A stretch of DNA of 64,000 nucleotides from Candidatus Latescibacterota bacterium (lineage in GTDB: Bacteria > Latescibacterota > UBA2968 > GCA-2709665), in NCBI GenBank assembly GCA_965222075.1, contig OZ244937.1:1184001-1248000 (forward strand), read 5' to 3'. Shown here piece after piece: positions 19,652 through 29,797 of this stretch; position 1 is the first letter of the stretch, and every line of letters starts with the position of its first letter. The position numbers and the translations under genes are program-made. Under the pieces are notes generated by a model. That model did no database searches and was not told the DNA's origin. It worked only from the letters and a program-made list of their open reading frames with translations.

Positions 19652-19696
19652 TTGGAATGCGGAATGCGGTTTCCGTATCCGAAATCCGCATTTGAA
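19652..19696. repeat. Imperfect palindrome built from GGAATGC/ATCCGCA heptamers
   Basis: ttggaatgcggaatgcgg-ttt-ccgtatccgaaatccgcatttgaa directly before larA. Confidence 0.5.
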
Positions 19697-20968
19697 ATGG
19701 CTCTGATCAATCTACCGGTAGACCATAATGCCGATACCCTGAGTGTAAGGATTCCGGATGCACTCCTGGGCGAAGTGGTCCGGCCCATGCCCGTGCAGCC
19801 TGCGGCCGATCCGGACGCAGAAATCCGGGACGCGCTGGAAAAGCCCATCGGCGCGCCGCCCGTGGAACAGATTGTGCGGCCCGGCCAGCGCGTTGCCGTG
19901 ATCGTTGACGATATCACCCGGGAGACGCCCACGCGTCTTATGCTGCCGCCGGTTCTGGCAAGGCTGGAGGCGGCCGGTATCCCGCGCGGAGACATCCGGG
20001 TCGTGATCGCCCTGGGTACGCACCGGCCGATGACCGAAGCGGAAATTCCGGTCAAGGTGGGGCCTGCTGTCGTCCAGGCGTATGAGATCGTGAACGTCCC
20101 GAGCTGGGAGGAGGACCGGTTTGTCTGCCTGGGCATGTCCTCCAGCGGGATTCCTGCCCGGGTGCTCCGGGAGGTGGCCGGGGCGGATGTGCGCATCGGT
20201 CTGGGGGGGATTATCCCCCATGTGGATGCCGGCTTCAGCGGGGGCGCGAAGATTGTTCTGCCGGGGGTGTGCAGCGACCGGACGGTGGACGCGTTTCACG
20301 CCCGGGGGGCAGCGGTGGAAACGAACCTGCTGGGGGTGTTCGATGGGCCGATGCGGAAGGACCTGGAGCAGTTTGTGGGCCAACAGGTGGAGCTGCACTT
20401 TATTCTCAACGCGGTCCTGACCCGGGAGGGGGAACTCTACCGGTGCGTAGCCGGGCATTTTATCGAGGCACACCGCGCCGGGGTGCGGATGGCGCAGGAG
20501 GTCTACTGCGTACCCGTGGCGCGCCGGTATCCGCTGGTCATCGCCAATTCCTTTCCGGCCAACATCGACCTGTGGCAGAGCTCCAAGTGCCTGTGGGTCG
20601 GTGAGAAGATGGTCAGCGACGGGGGCATGCTGGTTCTGGTCACACCCTGCAAAGAGGGGATTAACGTTCACCCACTGTATCCCGATTATATCGGCCGCGA
20701 CCCGGACGACCTGCAAAAGGAGCTGGAGGAGGGCCGGGTAGAGGACCCAAATGCCTGCGGCGGAGCGATTCCGGTTGGTCGTATGAAGCGCCGGATCAGG
20801 TTCGGCCTGGTCTCCCCCGGGCTGAGCCGAGTGGATGCGGACCGGATGGGCTTTGCCTATTATGCGTCGGTTGAGGAGGCCGTTGACGCAGAGCTGGGAG
20901 AGTCGCCGGAACCCGCGTGTGTGGGCGTGCTGACCCACAGCGACTTTACAATACCGCTTGTGCAGTAG
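19697..20968 (+). CDS. larA: Nickel-pincer-dependent lactate racemase family protein (LarA superfamily)
   Basis: IVDDITR.TP, ALGTHRPMT, PHVDAGFSGGAK.VLPGV. Likely start ATG 19697. Substrate unknown. Confidence 0.85.
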   Translation: MALINLPVDHNADTLSVRIPDALLGEVVRPMPVQPAADPDAEIRDALEKPIGAPPVEQIVRPGQRVAVIVDDITRETPTRLMLPPVLARLEAAGIPRGDIRVVIALGTHRPMTEAEIPVKVGPAVVQAYEIVNVPSWEEDRFVCLGMSSSGIPARVLREVAGADVRIGLGGIIPHVDAGFSGGAKIVLPGVCSDRTVDAFHARGAAVETNLLGVFDGPMRKDLEQFVGQQVELHFILNAVLTREGELYRCVAGHFIEAHRAGVRMAQEVYCVPVARRYPLVIANSFPANIDLWQSSKCLWVGEKMVSDGGMLVLVTPCKEGINVHPLYPDYIGRDPDDLQKELEEGRVEDPNACGGAIPVGRMKRRIRFGLVSPGLSRVDADRMGFAYYASVEEAVDAELGESPEPACVGVLTHSDFTIPLVQ

Positions 20969-20983
20969 CCGAAGGAGGCGAAA

Positions 20984-21648
20984 ATGTCAACAACGAGGTC
21001 AACGATACTGTTGTAGCATCTTGCTGCTGGGATGGTCGGGGACTATTTCTGCCGGTGAACTGGGAAAGCGATCGCGGGTTGAACTCAGGATGGGACAGTG
21101 GAATCAGGGGGGAAAGAGCGAAGCAATAACACAGGCTGGTCCATTTGGGGTTGAAACGACTGCTGAGACGGATGGTATACTCGTTTCGTTGGGCTATGCG
21201 TACTGGATGCGAGAGAACTTAGCCGCCCATTTTACGCTTGGGGTGCTGGCTGTCGAGGCAAATTCACGTGTTGGGCTTCAGGGAATCTCCCAGCAGGCGG
21301 TTGTCATTTATCCTGTTGATCCTGGGCATAAGATACTATCTACCCGGGTCAACGCTCCAAACCCCATTCAGGCCCTTTCTGACAATGGGTATAGGGTCCA
21401 ACATCGGGGTTGAAGCCAAAAACGAAGTCGGCTTCCAGGTGGTGCAGAAGTCCAGAATAATGACGTCATTTGGAAGCCATGTGGGAGGGGGGCTGGACGT
21501 TCGGTTGGGCCGATCCTTAGTGGCAGGTGCAAACGTGGGATATAACCTGATGACGGATTTTTCTGAGGCGTTGGGTGGCAGGAGTAATTACAGTGGACTC
21601 GAATTTGGCGTTGGAATCAGCTGGCTATTTGGCAAGAGGTTTGAATAA
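20984..21648 (+). pseudogene. Outer-membrane beta-barrel protein (OmpW/OmpA-like) broken by two +1 frameshifts
   Basis: AGGAGG + ATG 20984 gives MSTTRSTILL then stop; the signal peptide continues in the +1 frame (CSILLLGWSGTISA); second +1 shift near 21315 leads to LGIRYY..RPFLTMGIG..GISWLF. Confidence 0.65.
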
Positions 21649-21695
21649 TCAGCACGAGTCAAAAAGCCCTGGGATGGTATGAAAGAGGACTGGGT

Positions 21696-23920
21696 ATGTC
21701 GAATACGAGCCGTCGCTATCTCTCCCCCGTGCCCGGCCTGGGCCTGGAGGGATATGCCGATGAGATGACGGTTTCCGGCGGCGGGAAGATCCGGTTCATG
21801 GTGGGCGGGCCGAAGGGGACGGCGGACGTGAAAATGGTGAGGCTCATCCACGGCGATCCGAACGCCGACGGGCCCGGATACAGGGAAGAGGAGGTGTTTT
21901 GGGGGCAACCGGAAACCGTTGAGGTGAGGAAGCAGGACATCGATTTCGGGTCCTATGTGGAGGTCCCCCATTCAGACGTCCTGAATCCGAAAGGGGGGTT
22001 CACCCTGGCCCTCTGGTTTTATCCCACGCTGCTGGGTGGCGGATGGCATACCCTGGCGGCGAAGTGGGCGCCCGGGGATCTGGGTTACGCGCTTTACTTT
22101 GCAGGGGATCGGTTTTTGACAGCCGCCGTCTCGCACGATGGTACGGCAGCAGAATGGGCGACGGCGCAGGAGTTTGCGCATCTGAAATGCTGGCAATTTA
22201 TCGCGTTTACATACGATCCGGATTCCGGGGATCTCTGTCTCTACCAGTGCCTGACCGATACCTCGGGAGTCGTGGAGACAAGGAGCTCTCACGATCCACT
22301 CGTCATCTCGCCGAAACGCGTGAAGGCCGGGCCTGTTCACCCCTCCGGGGCGCCCCTGCTTTTGGGGGCGACTCAGGATCCGACCGATCCTGGACGGCAC
22401 TGGGCGCATTTTACGGGAAAGGTCGGCATCCCGTACTCCTGGACGGGGCGCTGGACCGCAGCGGGATCTGGGCCCTGGCGCAGGGGGAGACCCCAGAGGG
22501 GGTCGCACCCGTGCTGGGGTGCTGGGACCTGGGCCGGGAGGTGACGGGGACGCGGGTGGTCGATGTGTCACCGCACGCGACCCACGGCAGAGCGGTCAAC
22601 GCGCCCGGCCGGGCGGTTACCGGACCCTTCTGGACGGGCATGCCGGCCCGGTTGTATACGGAGAACCCCGGCGACTACAATGCAATCCGTTTTCACGAGG
22701 ATGACCTGGAGGACGCCGGGTGGGAACCCGCTTTCGAGGTCCGGGCCGATCCCGATGCGAAATCCGGGATTTACGCCGCCCGCATCGAGCGGAACGCCGA
22801 CCGGCTGTTCCTGCCATTTGTCGTCCGCGCGAGGTCTCCCCGGTGTGAATTGGGATATCTTATTCCAACATTGACATGGCAGGCTTACGGGAGCAACCGG
22901 TCGGCTTACAGTTTTACGGAGGACGGCGTGCTGGACCGGGTGCTGAGCATGTACAATGTGCACAGCGACGGCTCGATGGTGTATTACCGCACGCGGCACC
23001 AGCCGACCCGCTCGTGGAATCCGAGCGCCGGCTTCCAGCACTGGGGGGCGCATACGGTTACCGCAAACCTCTATCTGATTGACTGGCTGGAAGAGAAAGG
23101 GTTGGATTATGAGGTGTTTGCCGACGAGGACCTGCACCGGGAGGGAACGGACCTTCTGGCGCAGTACCGCTGTGTGATTATGGCGAGCCACCCGGAGTAC
23201 TGCACGCAGACGATGGTGGACGGCATCGCCCGCTACATCCGGCAGGGAGGGCGGGTGGTGTACCTGGCGGGAAACGGGCTGTACTGGGTGATGTCGATCG
23301 ACCCGGAGCGGCCGCACCTTGTGGAACTCAGAAGAAGCGGAGAGGGGGACTACGGACCGACGTATCAGCCTCAGCCGGGGGAGGCCCAGCACAGCACGAC
23401 GCTGGAGCTGGGTGGGCTGTGGGCGCGGCGGGGAAGGCCGCCCCGGAGCATTGTGGGCGTGGAGCACGCCGCCGATATCTGGATGTCTGCAGAGGGCAGG
23501 TGGGGGTTCAAGCGCCTGCCGGAGAGCCACGACGAGCGCTACGCATTCGTGTTCGAGGGGGTCGGAAAAGAAGAGACGATCGGCGACTTTGGGCTGAACC
23601 TGGGCAGCGCGGCAGGGTTCGAGATGGACGCGGTGCAGGAGTGGCAGTGGGATGATCAGACCCCGGAGCCGGTCGTACTGGCCCGGGCCGCCCACGAGGC
23701 ATTCACGCCGCCCCGGCGGACCCCGGTGCCTGCGGTGTCGGAGATCGCGCTGACAACACACGCGGGCGGTGGCGCCGTGTTTTCGGCGGGGTCGGTGACG
23801 TGGACGGGGAGCCTGTCGCACAACCGATATGACAACAATGTTTCGAAGATCACAGAGAATGTCATCCGCCGCTTTGTGGATACGCGTCCGGGCGCGTCCG
23901 TACTGAATCCGCAGCAATGA
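21696..23920 (+). pseudogene. N,N-dimethylformamidase large-subunit-like protein, -1 frameshift near 22425 (real or assembly error)
   Basis: N-terminal VRLIHGDPN..GPG and LamG-like domain in ORF 21696; HFTGKVG shifts into HPVLLD..AIRFHEDDL, PTLTWQAYG, SHPEY, YLAGNGLYW in ORF 22043. Confidence 0.75.
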
Positions 23921-23952
23921 TGCGAAAGCCATTCGTATGGGGAGGAAGCCGG

Positions 23953-25011
23953 ATGGGCAATCCGACAGCGGGGACCAGGGGCCTGCTGAAGCGGCTGGAC
24001 GATGGGGCGGTTATCTGCGCCGAGGGCTATCTGTTCGAACTGGAGCGGCGAGGCTACCTGCAGGCCGGCGCTTTTGTGCCGGAGGCGGTGCTGGAGCACC
24101 CGGAGGTGGTAGGGGCGCTGCACCGTGAATTTTTACGGGCAGGTACGGATGTGATTGAGGCGTTGACCTACTATGCACACCGGGAGAAACTGCGGCTTAT
24201 CGGCAAAGAGGACAGGCTGGTCCCCCTGCAGAGGAACGCCCTGGAGATCGCGAGGTCGGTGGCCGCCGAGGCAGAGGGCGAACGCCCGCTGGTGGCGGGA
24301 AATATCTGCAATACCAATGTGTGGGACCCGTCGGACAGCGCCACGGACGCCGTGGTGAGAGCGATGTTCGACGAACAGGTCGCCTGGGCGGTTGAAGCCG
24401 GCGTGGATTTCATGATCGGCGAGACCTTTGCATTTTACGGAGAGGCGAAGTGCGCGCTGGAAGCGATCAAGCAGGTCGGACTGCCTGCGGTGATCACCTT
24501 TGCGCTGCATCAGGAAGAGACCTTTCGGGATGGGGTAGGGGTTGAGGAGAGCGCAAAAAGGCTGGAACAGGCCGGGGCGGATGTGGTGGGGCTGAACTGT
24601 ACGCGGGGTCCTGCGACGATGATGCCCTTTGTGAGACGTATCCGGGATGCCGTCTCCTGCCATGTTGCGGCCCTGCCGGTGCCTTATCGGACCACGGAGG
24701 ATCAGCCGACGTTCCAGTCGCTGCAAGATCCGGACTGCGCCTGCCCGGACCGGCCGTTTCCAACGGCGCTGGACCCATTTGCCTGCAATCGGTACGAGAT
24801 GGGGGCGTTCGCCCGCGAGGCGTACGGGTTGAACATCCGCTACCTGGGCGTCTGCTGCGGCGCCGGTCCGCACCACATCCGATCCGTGGCCGAGGCCCTG
24901 GGCCGCCGGCCGCCGGCGAGCGCGTACTCCCCCGATATGTCCAAACATTATGCGCTGGGCAGCGATTCGAGTCTGAAGCGGTACAACAAGGAGTTTGTCG
25001 AGAAACTCTGA
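23953..25011 (+). CDS. Betaine-homocysteine S-methyltransferase-like protein
   Basis: ICAEGYLFELERRGYLQAGAF, GLNCTRGP, FPTALDP, YLGVCCG..PHHIR. Confidence 0.88.
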   Translation: MGNPTAGTRGLLKRLDDGAVICAEGYLFELERRGYLQAGAFVPEAVLEHPEVVGALHREFLRAGTDVIEALTYYAHREKLRLIGKEDRLVPLQRNALEIARSVAAEAEGERPLVAGNICNTNVWDPSDSATDAVVRAMFDEQVAWAVEAGVDFMIGETFAFYGEAKCALEAIKQVGLPAVITFALHQEETFRDGVGVEESAKRLEQAGADVVGLNCTRGPATMMPFVRRIRDAVSCHVAALPVPYRTTEDQPTFQSLQDPDCACPDRPFPTALDPFACNRYEMGAFAREAYGLNIRYLGVCCGAGPHHIRSVAEALGRRPPASAYSPDMSKHYALGSDSSLKRYNKEFVEKL

Positions 25012-25023
25012 TCGGGAGGGTTT

Positions 25024-25887
25024 ATGGCCGGCCTGAGCACCGAGCAGCTTTCCGCCTATATGGAAGACGGATACCTGCTGCTGGAGGATGTGCTATCGCA
25101 TGCGGATCGGCAGCCGCTGATCGAGGATATCAACGCGGGGATCGACCGGAAGACGCGGGAGGCGTTTTCGGAAGGACGGTTGTGCGATCTGTTCGAGCAC
25201 GAGCCTTTTGAGCGCCGCCTGGCCAGGGTCCGTGAGGCGATGGACGACCCTTTGGAGGTTGAGAAGGCCGTTACCGGAAAACGGCTCAAGACGGCCGGTA
25301 TGTTTGCACTGGTCACGCATCCGGCGATTCTGGATATCGTGGCGTCGGTGATCGGCCCGGAGATCCTGGTCCACCCCCAGTTCAACTGCCAGGCCAAGAT
25401 GCCGAACGAGGCGCAATCGGAGATTCCCTGGCACCAGGACCTGGGGTTTCTGCATCCGGATGCGGGAGAGACCTTCATGGTGAACTTCTGGATTCCGCTG
25501 GTGGATGCCACGGTCGAAAATGGGTGCCTGGAGGTGGTCCCCGGCAGCCACAGGGCCGGTTTGAAGCCGCACGGAGAGGTCCCGGGTTATCTCAATGCGG
25601 GGATCGTGGAGGGGTATGTTCCGGAGGATGAACCTCTGGCTTGTCCGGTGCGGAAGGGCGGCGTGGTGGTGTTTCAGCACAAGACGGTACACCGTTCTTT
25701 TCCGAACCGAACGGACCGTATCCGTTGGAGCGTGGATATTCGGTACTCCGATCCGGCGAAGCCCACAGGGCGGGACGAGGTGCCGGGGTTTGTTGCACGC
25801 AGCCGGGCGCATCCGGAGTGGGTGACAAAGAGTCACCTGGACTGGGTGAGGCTGCTGGAAGGGGTGGATGAGATGCTGTATGAGTAG
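25024..25887 (+). CDS. Phytanoyl-CoA dioxygenase family Fe(II)/2OG oxygenase
   Basis: PWHQD, WIPLVD..ENGCL..VPGSH, VHRS..N..R.S.D.RY. Confidence 0.9.
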   Translation: MAGLSTEQLSAYMEDGYLLLEDVLSHADRQPLIEDINAGIDRKTREAFSEGRLCDLFEHEPFERRLARVREAMDDPLEVEKAVTGKRLKTAGMFALVTHPAILDIVASVIGPEILVHPQFNCQAKMPNEAQSEIPWHQDLGFLHPDAGETFMVNFWIPLVDATVENGCLEVVPGSHRAGLKPHGEVPGYLNAGIVEGYVPEDEPLACPVRKGGVVVFQHKTVHRSFPNRTDRIRWSVDIRYSDPAKPTGRDEVPGFVARSRAHPEWVTKSHLDWVRLLEGVDEMLYE

Positions 25888-25941
25888 GCCCCCATCCCCC
25901 AGGACAGTAGAAGCGGTTGAAGCCGGGCAAACGAGGCGCTG

Positions 25942-26982
25942 ATGCCGACATACGACTATATTCATCTGGAACAGATTGCGGCTGAGCTGCTCGAAGCCGC
26001 AGGGACGCCGCCGGACACAGCCGGGGGCGTGGCCAGATCGCTGGTGCTGAGCAATCGGGTCGGACACGATTCGCACGGGATTATCCTGGTTTGGCATTAC
26101 CTGCCGATGCTCCGGGACGGCCGGATCGCCCCCTCGGCGTCGGGCCGGATTGTGCAGGAGACACCATCGATGGCGCTGATTGACGGGCAGTGGGGGTTCG
26201 GGCAGGTGGTGGCCGCTGAGGCGATAAAATGTGCGATGGAGAAGGCCCGGGGATGCGCGATCGCAGCCGTGGGGGTTTACCGCATCAGCCACGTTGGGCG
26301 GCTGGGGGAGTACACCGAGATGGCGGCGGCGGAGGGGCTGGCGGCTTTTGCGTTTGTGAATACGCCGGGCAAGCGTCCGGTGGTCGCGCCGTTTGGGGGG
26401 GCGAAGGCGGTCTGGGGGACCAACCCGGTCGCGGTGGCCCTTCCAACGGGGGAGCCGGTATTTTCGATCGATTTCGCCACGTCCAAAATTGCGTTCGCCA
26501 GGGCCACTCTGGCCCGAAACGAAGGCACCGGGCTTCCCGATGGCTGCGCGATCAACAGCGAGGGCCGCCCCACGCAGGACCCCTGGGACCTGGTGCATGG
26601 GGGTGCGCTCCTGCCCTTTGGGGAGCACAAGGGATACGCCCTGGCCTTCCTGGTAGAGTTGCTGAGCGGCGCGTTGATCGGATCGGTAAATCCCGAACCG
26701 GCGGGGGACCGGAAGGCCGCCGGGCTTTTTTTTGTGGTTTTCGATCCCGAGCGGTTCTGCCCCCGCGATTCGTTTGACGCGTCTGTGCGTGGGCTTTTCC
26801 AGACGGTAAAAGCGTGTCCGCCCGCCGAGGGATTTGAAGAGGTCATGATTCCGGGCGAGCCGGAGCACCGGCAGCGGCTGATTTCCGACACGGCGGGCGT
26901 TTTTGTCGCCGACAGCGTGTGCGAAAAACTCAACGAAGTGGCACGGGAACTGGGGGTTGTGCTGGCGTGGCGGGAGAAATGA
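25942..26982 (+). CDS. Ldh_2 family oxidoreductase (malate/L-lactate/sulfolactate dehydrogenase type)
   Basis: GHDSHG, SHVGRLG, GTNP, DFATS, GEHKGYAL, IPGE. Confidence 0.9.
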   Translation: MPTYDYIHLEQIAAELLEAAGTPPDTAGGVARSLVLSNRVGHDSHGIILVWHYLPMLRDGRIAPSASGRIVQETPSMALIDGQWGFGQVVAAEAIKCAMEKARGCAIAAVGVYRISHVGRLGEYTEMAAAEGLAAFAFVNTPGKRPVVAPFGGAKAVWGTNPVAVALPTGEPVFSIDFATSKIAFARATLARNEGTGLPDGCAINSEGRPTQDPWDLVHGGALLPFGEHKGYALAFLVELLSGALIGSVNPEPAGDRKAAGLFFVVFDPERFCPRDSFDASVRGLFQTVKACPPAEGFEEVMIPGEPEHRQRLISDTAGVFVADSVCEKLNEVARELGVVLAWREK

Positions 26983-27146
26983 GCGATGACAGAGATTTCA
27001 CTTTCTGAGCTGGTCCCGGTCAGTCTATGCAGGGCCGAATCCGACGGTGAGCACCTGAGGCTTTCAGGATACGGAGCAGGAGCTGAAATAAATCGGACGG
27101 GAGATCCCCGGGCAAGGGGCGCCTTTATGACGAGGGAGGGAGCAAG

Positions 27147-28346
27147 ATGGATGAGGTACGCATCGGGATTGCCGGGCTGGGTCATCGTGCCCTGAACTGG
27201 ATCCGATTGTTGCAACAGGTTCCAGGCTATCGTATCACAGCGATCTACGACTGGATTGAGCCACTGCAGGAGCGGGCGCTGGGGGAGATCGGCTACCGCG
27301 ACGATGTGAAGGTGTTTGGCAATTACGAGGATTTCCTGGCGTTGGATGGGATGGATGCGGTTGGCCTGTGCGTGCGGCAAAAGGAGGTGGGGGCGATGGC
27401 GGCGCAGGCGCTGGAGGCGGGAAAACACGTGAACTCTGAGGTGCCGGCGGCGTTCACGATGGCGGACTGCTGGCGGATTGTGACCGATGTGGAGCGGACC
27501 GGGCTGGTGTACAGCCTGGCGGAGCAGACGCGGTTCTGGGGGTTTGTGGACGGCTGGCGGAAGCTGGTGGAGGAAGGACGGCTGGGCAAGATTACCTACG
27601 CCGAGGGCCAGTATGTGGGTTGGTACGGCACCCGCCAGTATTTCCAGGATTTCAAGACAGGCAGGCAGTATCCGGTCGAGGCGCTGCCCGACCATCCCGA
27701 AGCCGAACCGACGGTGCTCCACGCTCTGCCCACGATCATTGGGGGGATCGGTTCACACGATATGTCTCTGGTGCTGAAGGTCCTGGACGATCGGGTGGCG
27801 GAGGTGGTGGGGATGAGCACGAAGCAGCCCAGTTACGCCTGGCCCCAGATCCCCCGCCCCGATATTCAGGTCGCATTGATGAAGACGGAGAAGGACACGG
27901 TGATCCGGATGCTGTGCGGGTTTACCCAGCCCAGGCCGCACGGCGACCACCACTGGTGGCAGTTCATCGGCACGAAGGGGAGTATGGAGTGGCGGCGGTC
28001 GCTCCACGAGAAGCCCAAGCTGTGGTTTGCCGACACTCAGATGAACGACTGGGCGGAGGTGGACTGGCAGTATCAGCGCACGGATGCGCCTTCAGAGGCC
28101 CGGGGCAGCGGCCACGGGGATGCGGACTATTATGTTCACGCGCATTTCCGGGATGCCGTGCGTGAGGGCAAGCCGCTGGAGCTGGACGTTTACAGGGCGA
28201 TGGAGACGATCGCGCCGGCCATCCGGGCGTTCGATTCGATTGTGGAGAGGAGCAAGCTTATGAAGGTTCCTGACTTTCGCCCGGGTGCGGACCGTCCCGC
28301 CGGTCAGATGCCGGCGGATGTGTGGGAGCACGGTGAAAAAAAATAG
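27147..28346 (+). CDS. Gfo/Idh/MocA family oxidoreductase
   Basis: IGIAGLG Rossmann fold, AGKHVNSEVP, GSGHGDAD. Confidence 0.85.
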   Translation: MDEVRIGIAGLGHRALNWIRLLQQVPGYRITAIYDWIEPLQERALGEIGYRDDVKVFGNYEDFLALDGMDAVGLCVRQKEVGAMAAQALEAGKHVNSEVPAAFTMADCWRIVTDVERTGLVYSLAEQTRFWGFVDGWRKLVEEGRLGKITYAEGQYVGWYGTRQYFQDFKTGRQYPVEALPDHPEAEPTVLHALPTIIGGIGSHDMSLVLKVLDDRVAEVVGMSTKQPSYAWPQIPRPDIQVALMKTEKDTVIRMLCGFTQPRPHGDHHWWQFIGTKGSMEWRRSLHEKPKLWFADTQMNDWAEVDWQYQRTDAPSEARGSGHGDADYYVHAHFRDAVREGKPLELDVYRAMETIAPAIRAFDSIVERSKLMKVPDFRPGADRPAGQMPADVWEHGEKK

Positions 28347-28406
28347 GATTCGAGCGCGACGCAGACCCCCAACCTCCCAGGACTTCGTGTGAAAAAGGAG
28401 CAGGAA

Positions 28407-29789
28407 ATGTTAGACAAAACATCTCTCTTAACCGACGAGCAGATGAGATTTTTTATTGTCAATGGATACGTCACGGTCAAAACCGACCTGCCTCCCGGCT
28501 TTCATGGAGCCGTCTTCGAACAGACCGCAGCTGTGTTTGAAAAAGAAGGCAATCCGGGGAACAATTTACTGCCCAGAATCCCTGCTGTTCGAAAGGTCTT
28601 CGATTCTGAGGCCGTGCAGGGCGCCCTGAGAAGTATTTTGGGAGAAGATTATTACATGCAGCCCCATCGCCACTGCCACTACAATCGGCCGGCAAGTCAG
28701 GGGCAAAACATGCATCAGGACGGAGGGAAGCGATGGTCACATCTCACGCGTTGGATACTGGCTTTTTATTATCCTCAAGATACGTTCCAGGCGCTGGGTC
28801 CCACGGGAATCATTCCGGGAAGTCACTATTATAACACACCGGACAGCGCCAAGATCAGCGAGGAACTCCCACTGTGTGGAGAAGCAGGTACGGTAACGAT
28901 TGCCCACTATGATCTCTGGCACAGGGCGATGCCGAATCGCAGCGATCAGAGACGTTATATGATGAAGTTCCTCTTTGCCCGAATGTCGGAGCCCCAATCT
29001 CCTTCCTGGAACAGTGAGCAGACTGATCCGTGGCAAAATGATCCGATTGATGATAAGCGCCAAAGGATGTTTAAACACGTTTGGAACTGGCACTGTGGGC
29101 AGACAAACGGCGGTATGCCACAAGCTCCCCGGTCCGGTGCAGGGTCTATATCGAAGCTTATGGAAGCGCTGGGAAGCGATTGGGAGCCGGCAGGTCTCCA
29201 TGCCGCTTATGCATTAAGTGCGTTCGGAGCGCCGGCCGTGCCTGCGTTGATAGAAGGATTGGGTCATGAATCTGAGACGATATGCCGAAACACCTGCTAT
29301 GCGCTGAGTGCAATGGGGACGCCTGCTGTTGGTGCGTTAATCGGCGCATTGCGCGATGGAGACTGGCGGATTCGTGATCGTGCAGCAGAAACGCTGGGAG
29401 ATATGGGTCTCCCTGCGCGAGCCGCTTTACCTGCGTTAATGCAGGCAATACAGGATGAATCGGAGGAGGTTCGGTCTCATGCGGCTGAAGCGTTAGGGAC
29501 GGTCGGTCAATTGGAGCCAACGACGGCCCCTGCGCTGATTTCAGGACTGCGGGATGAAAATGAGCGCGTCCGCTGCAACGCAACATTGGCATTGGCACGC
29601 CTGGGTGCGCATGCTAAGGATGCTGTTGATGCATTGCAAGCCGTACTTTCTGATGAAGATCGGTATGTTCGTGGTGATGCGGCTCATGCGCTTCACCGAA
29701 TAGGAACCCCGGAAGCCAAAGGCGTGCTGCTGCGATTCCTCACGATGTCCCGGTGGTGCCCGTCAACCACGTCAGACAGCACTTTTTGA
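28407..29789 (+). CDS. PhyH-like dioxygenase fused to HEAT repeats
   Basis: HQD..PGSH..LWHR, followed by repeated AVPALI..L..VR..AA.ALG HEAT motifs; AAGGAG before ATG 28407. Confidence 0.85.
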   Translation: MLDKTSLLTDEQMRFFIVNGYVTVKTDLPPGFHGAVFEQTAAVFEKEGNPGNNLLPRIPAVRKVFDSEAVQGALRSILGEDYYMQPHRHCHYNRPASQGQNMHQDGGKRWSHLTRWILAFYYPQDTFQALGPTGIIPGSHYYNTPDSAKISEELPLCGEAGTVTIAHYDLWHRAMPNRSDQRRYMMKFLFARMSEPQSPSWNSEQTDPWQNDPIDDKRQRMFKHVWNWHCGQTNGGMPQAPRSGAGSISKLMEALGSDWEPAGLHAAYALSAFGAPAVPALIEGLGHESETICRNTCYALSAMGTPAVGALIGALRDGDWRIRDRAAETLGDMGLPARAALPALMQAIQDESEEVRSHAAEALGTVGQLEPTTAPALISGLRDENERVRCNATLALARLGAHAKDAVDALQAVLSDEDRYVRGDAAHALHRIGTPEAKGVLLRFLTMSRWCPSTTSDSTF

Positions 29790-29797
29790 GGGTTTGC

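Noticed and set aside
27657-27668. CAGGCAGGCAG right-arm-like sequence
   Set aside because: No left arm upstream; ordinary coding sequence.
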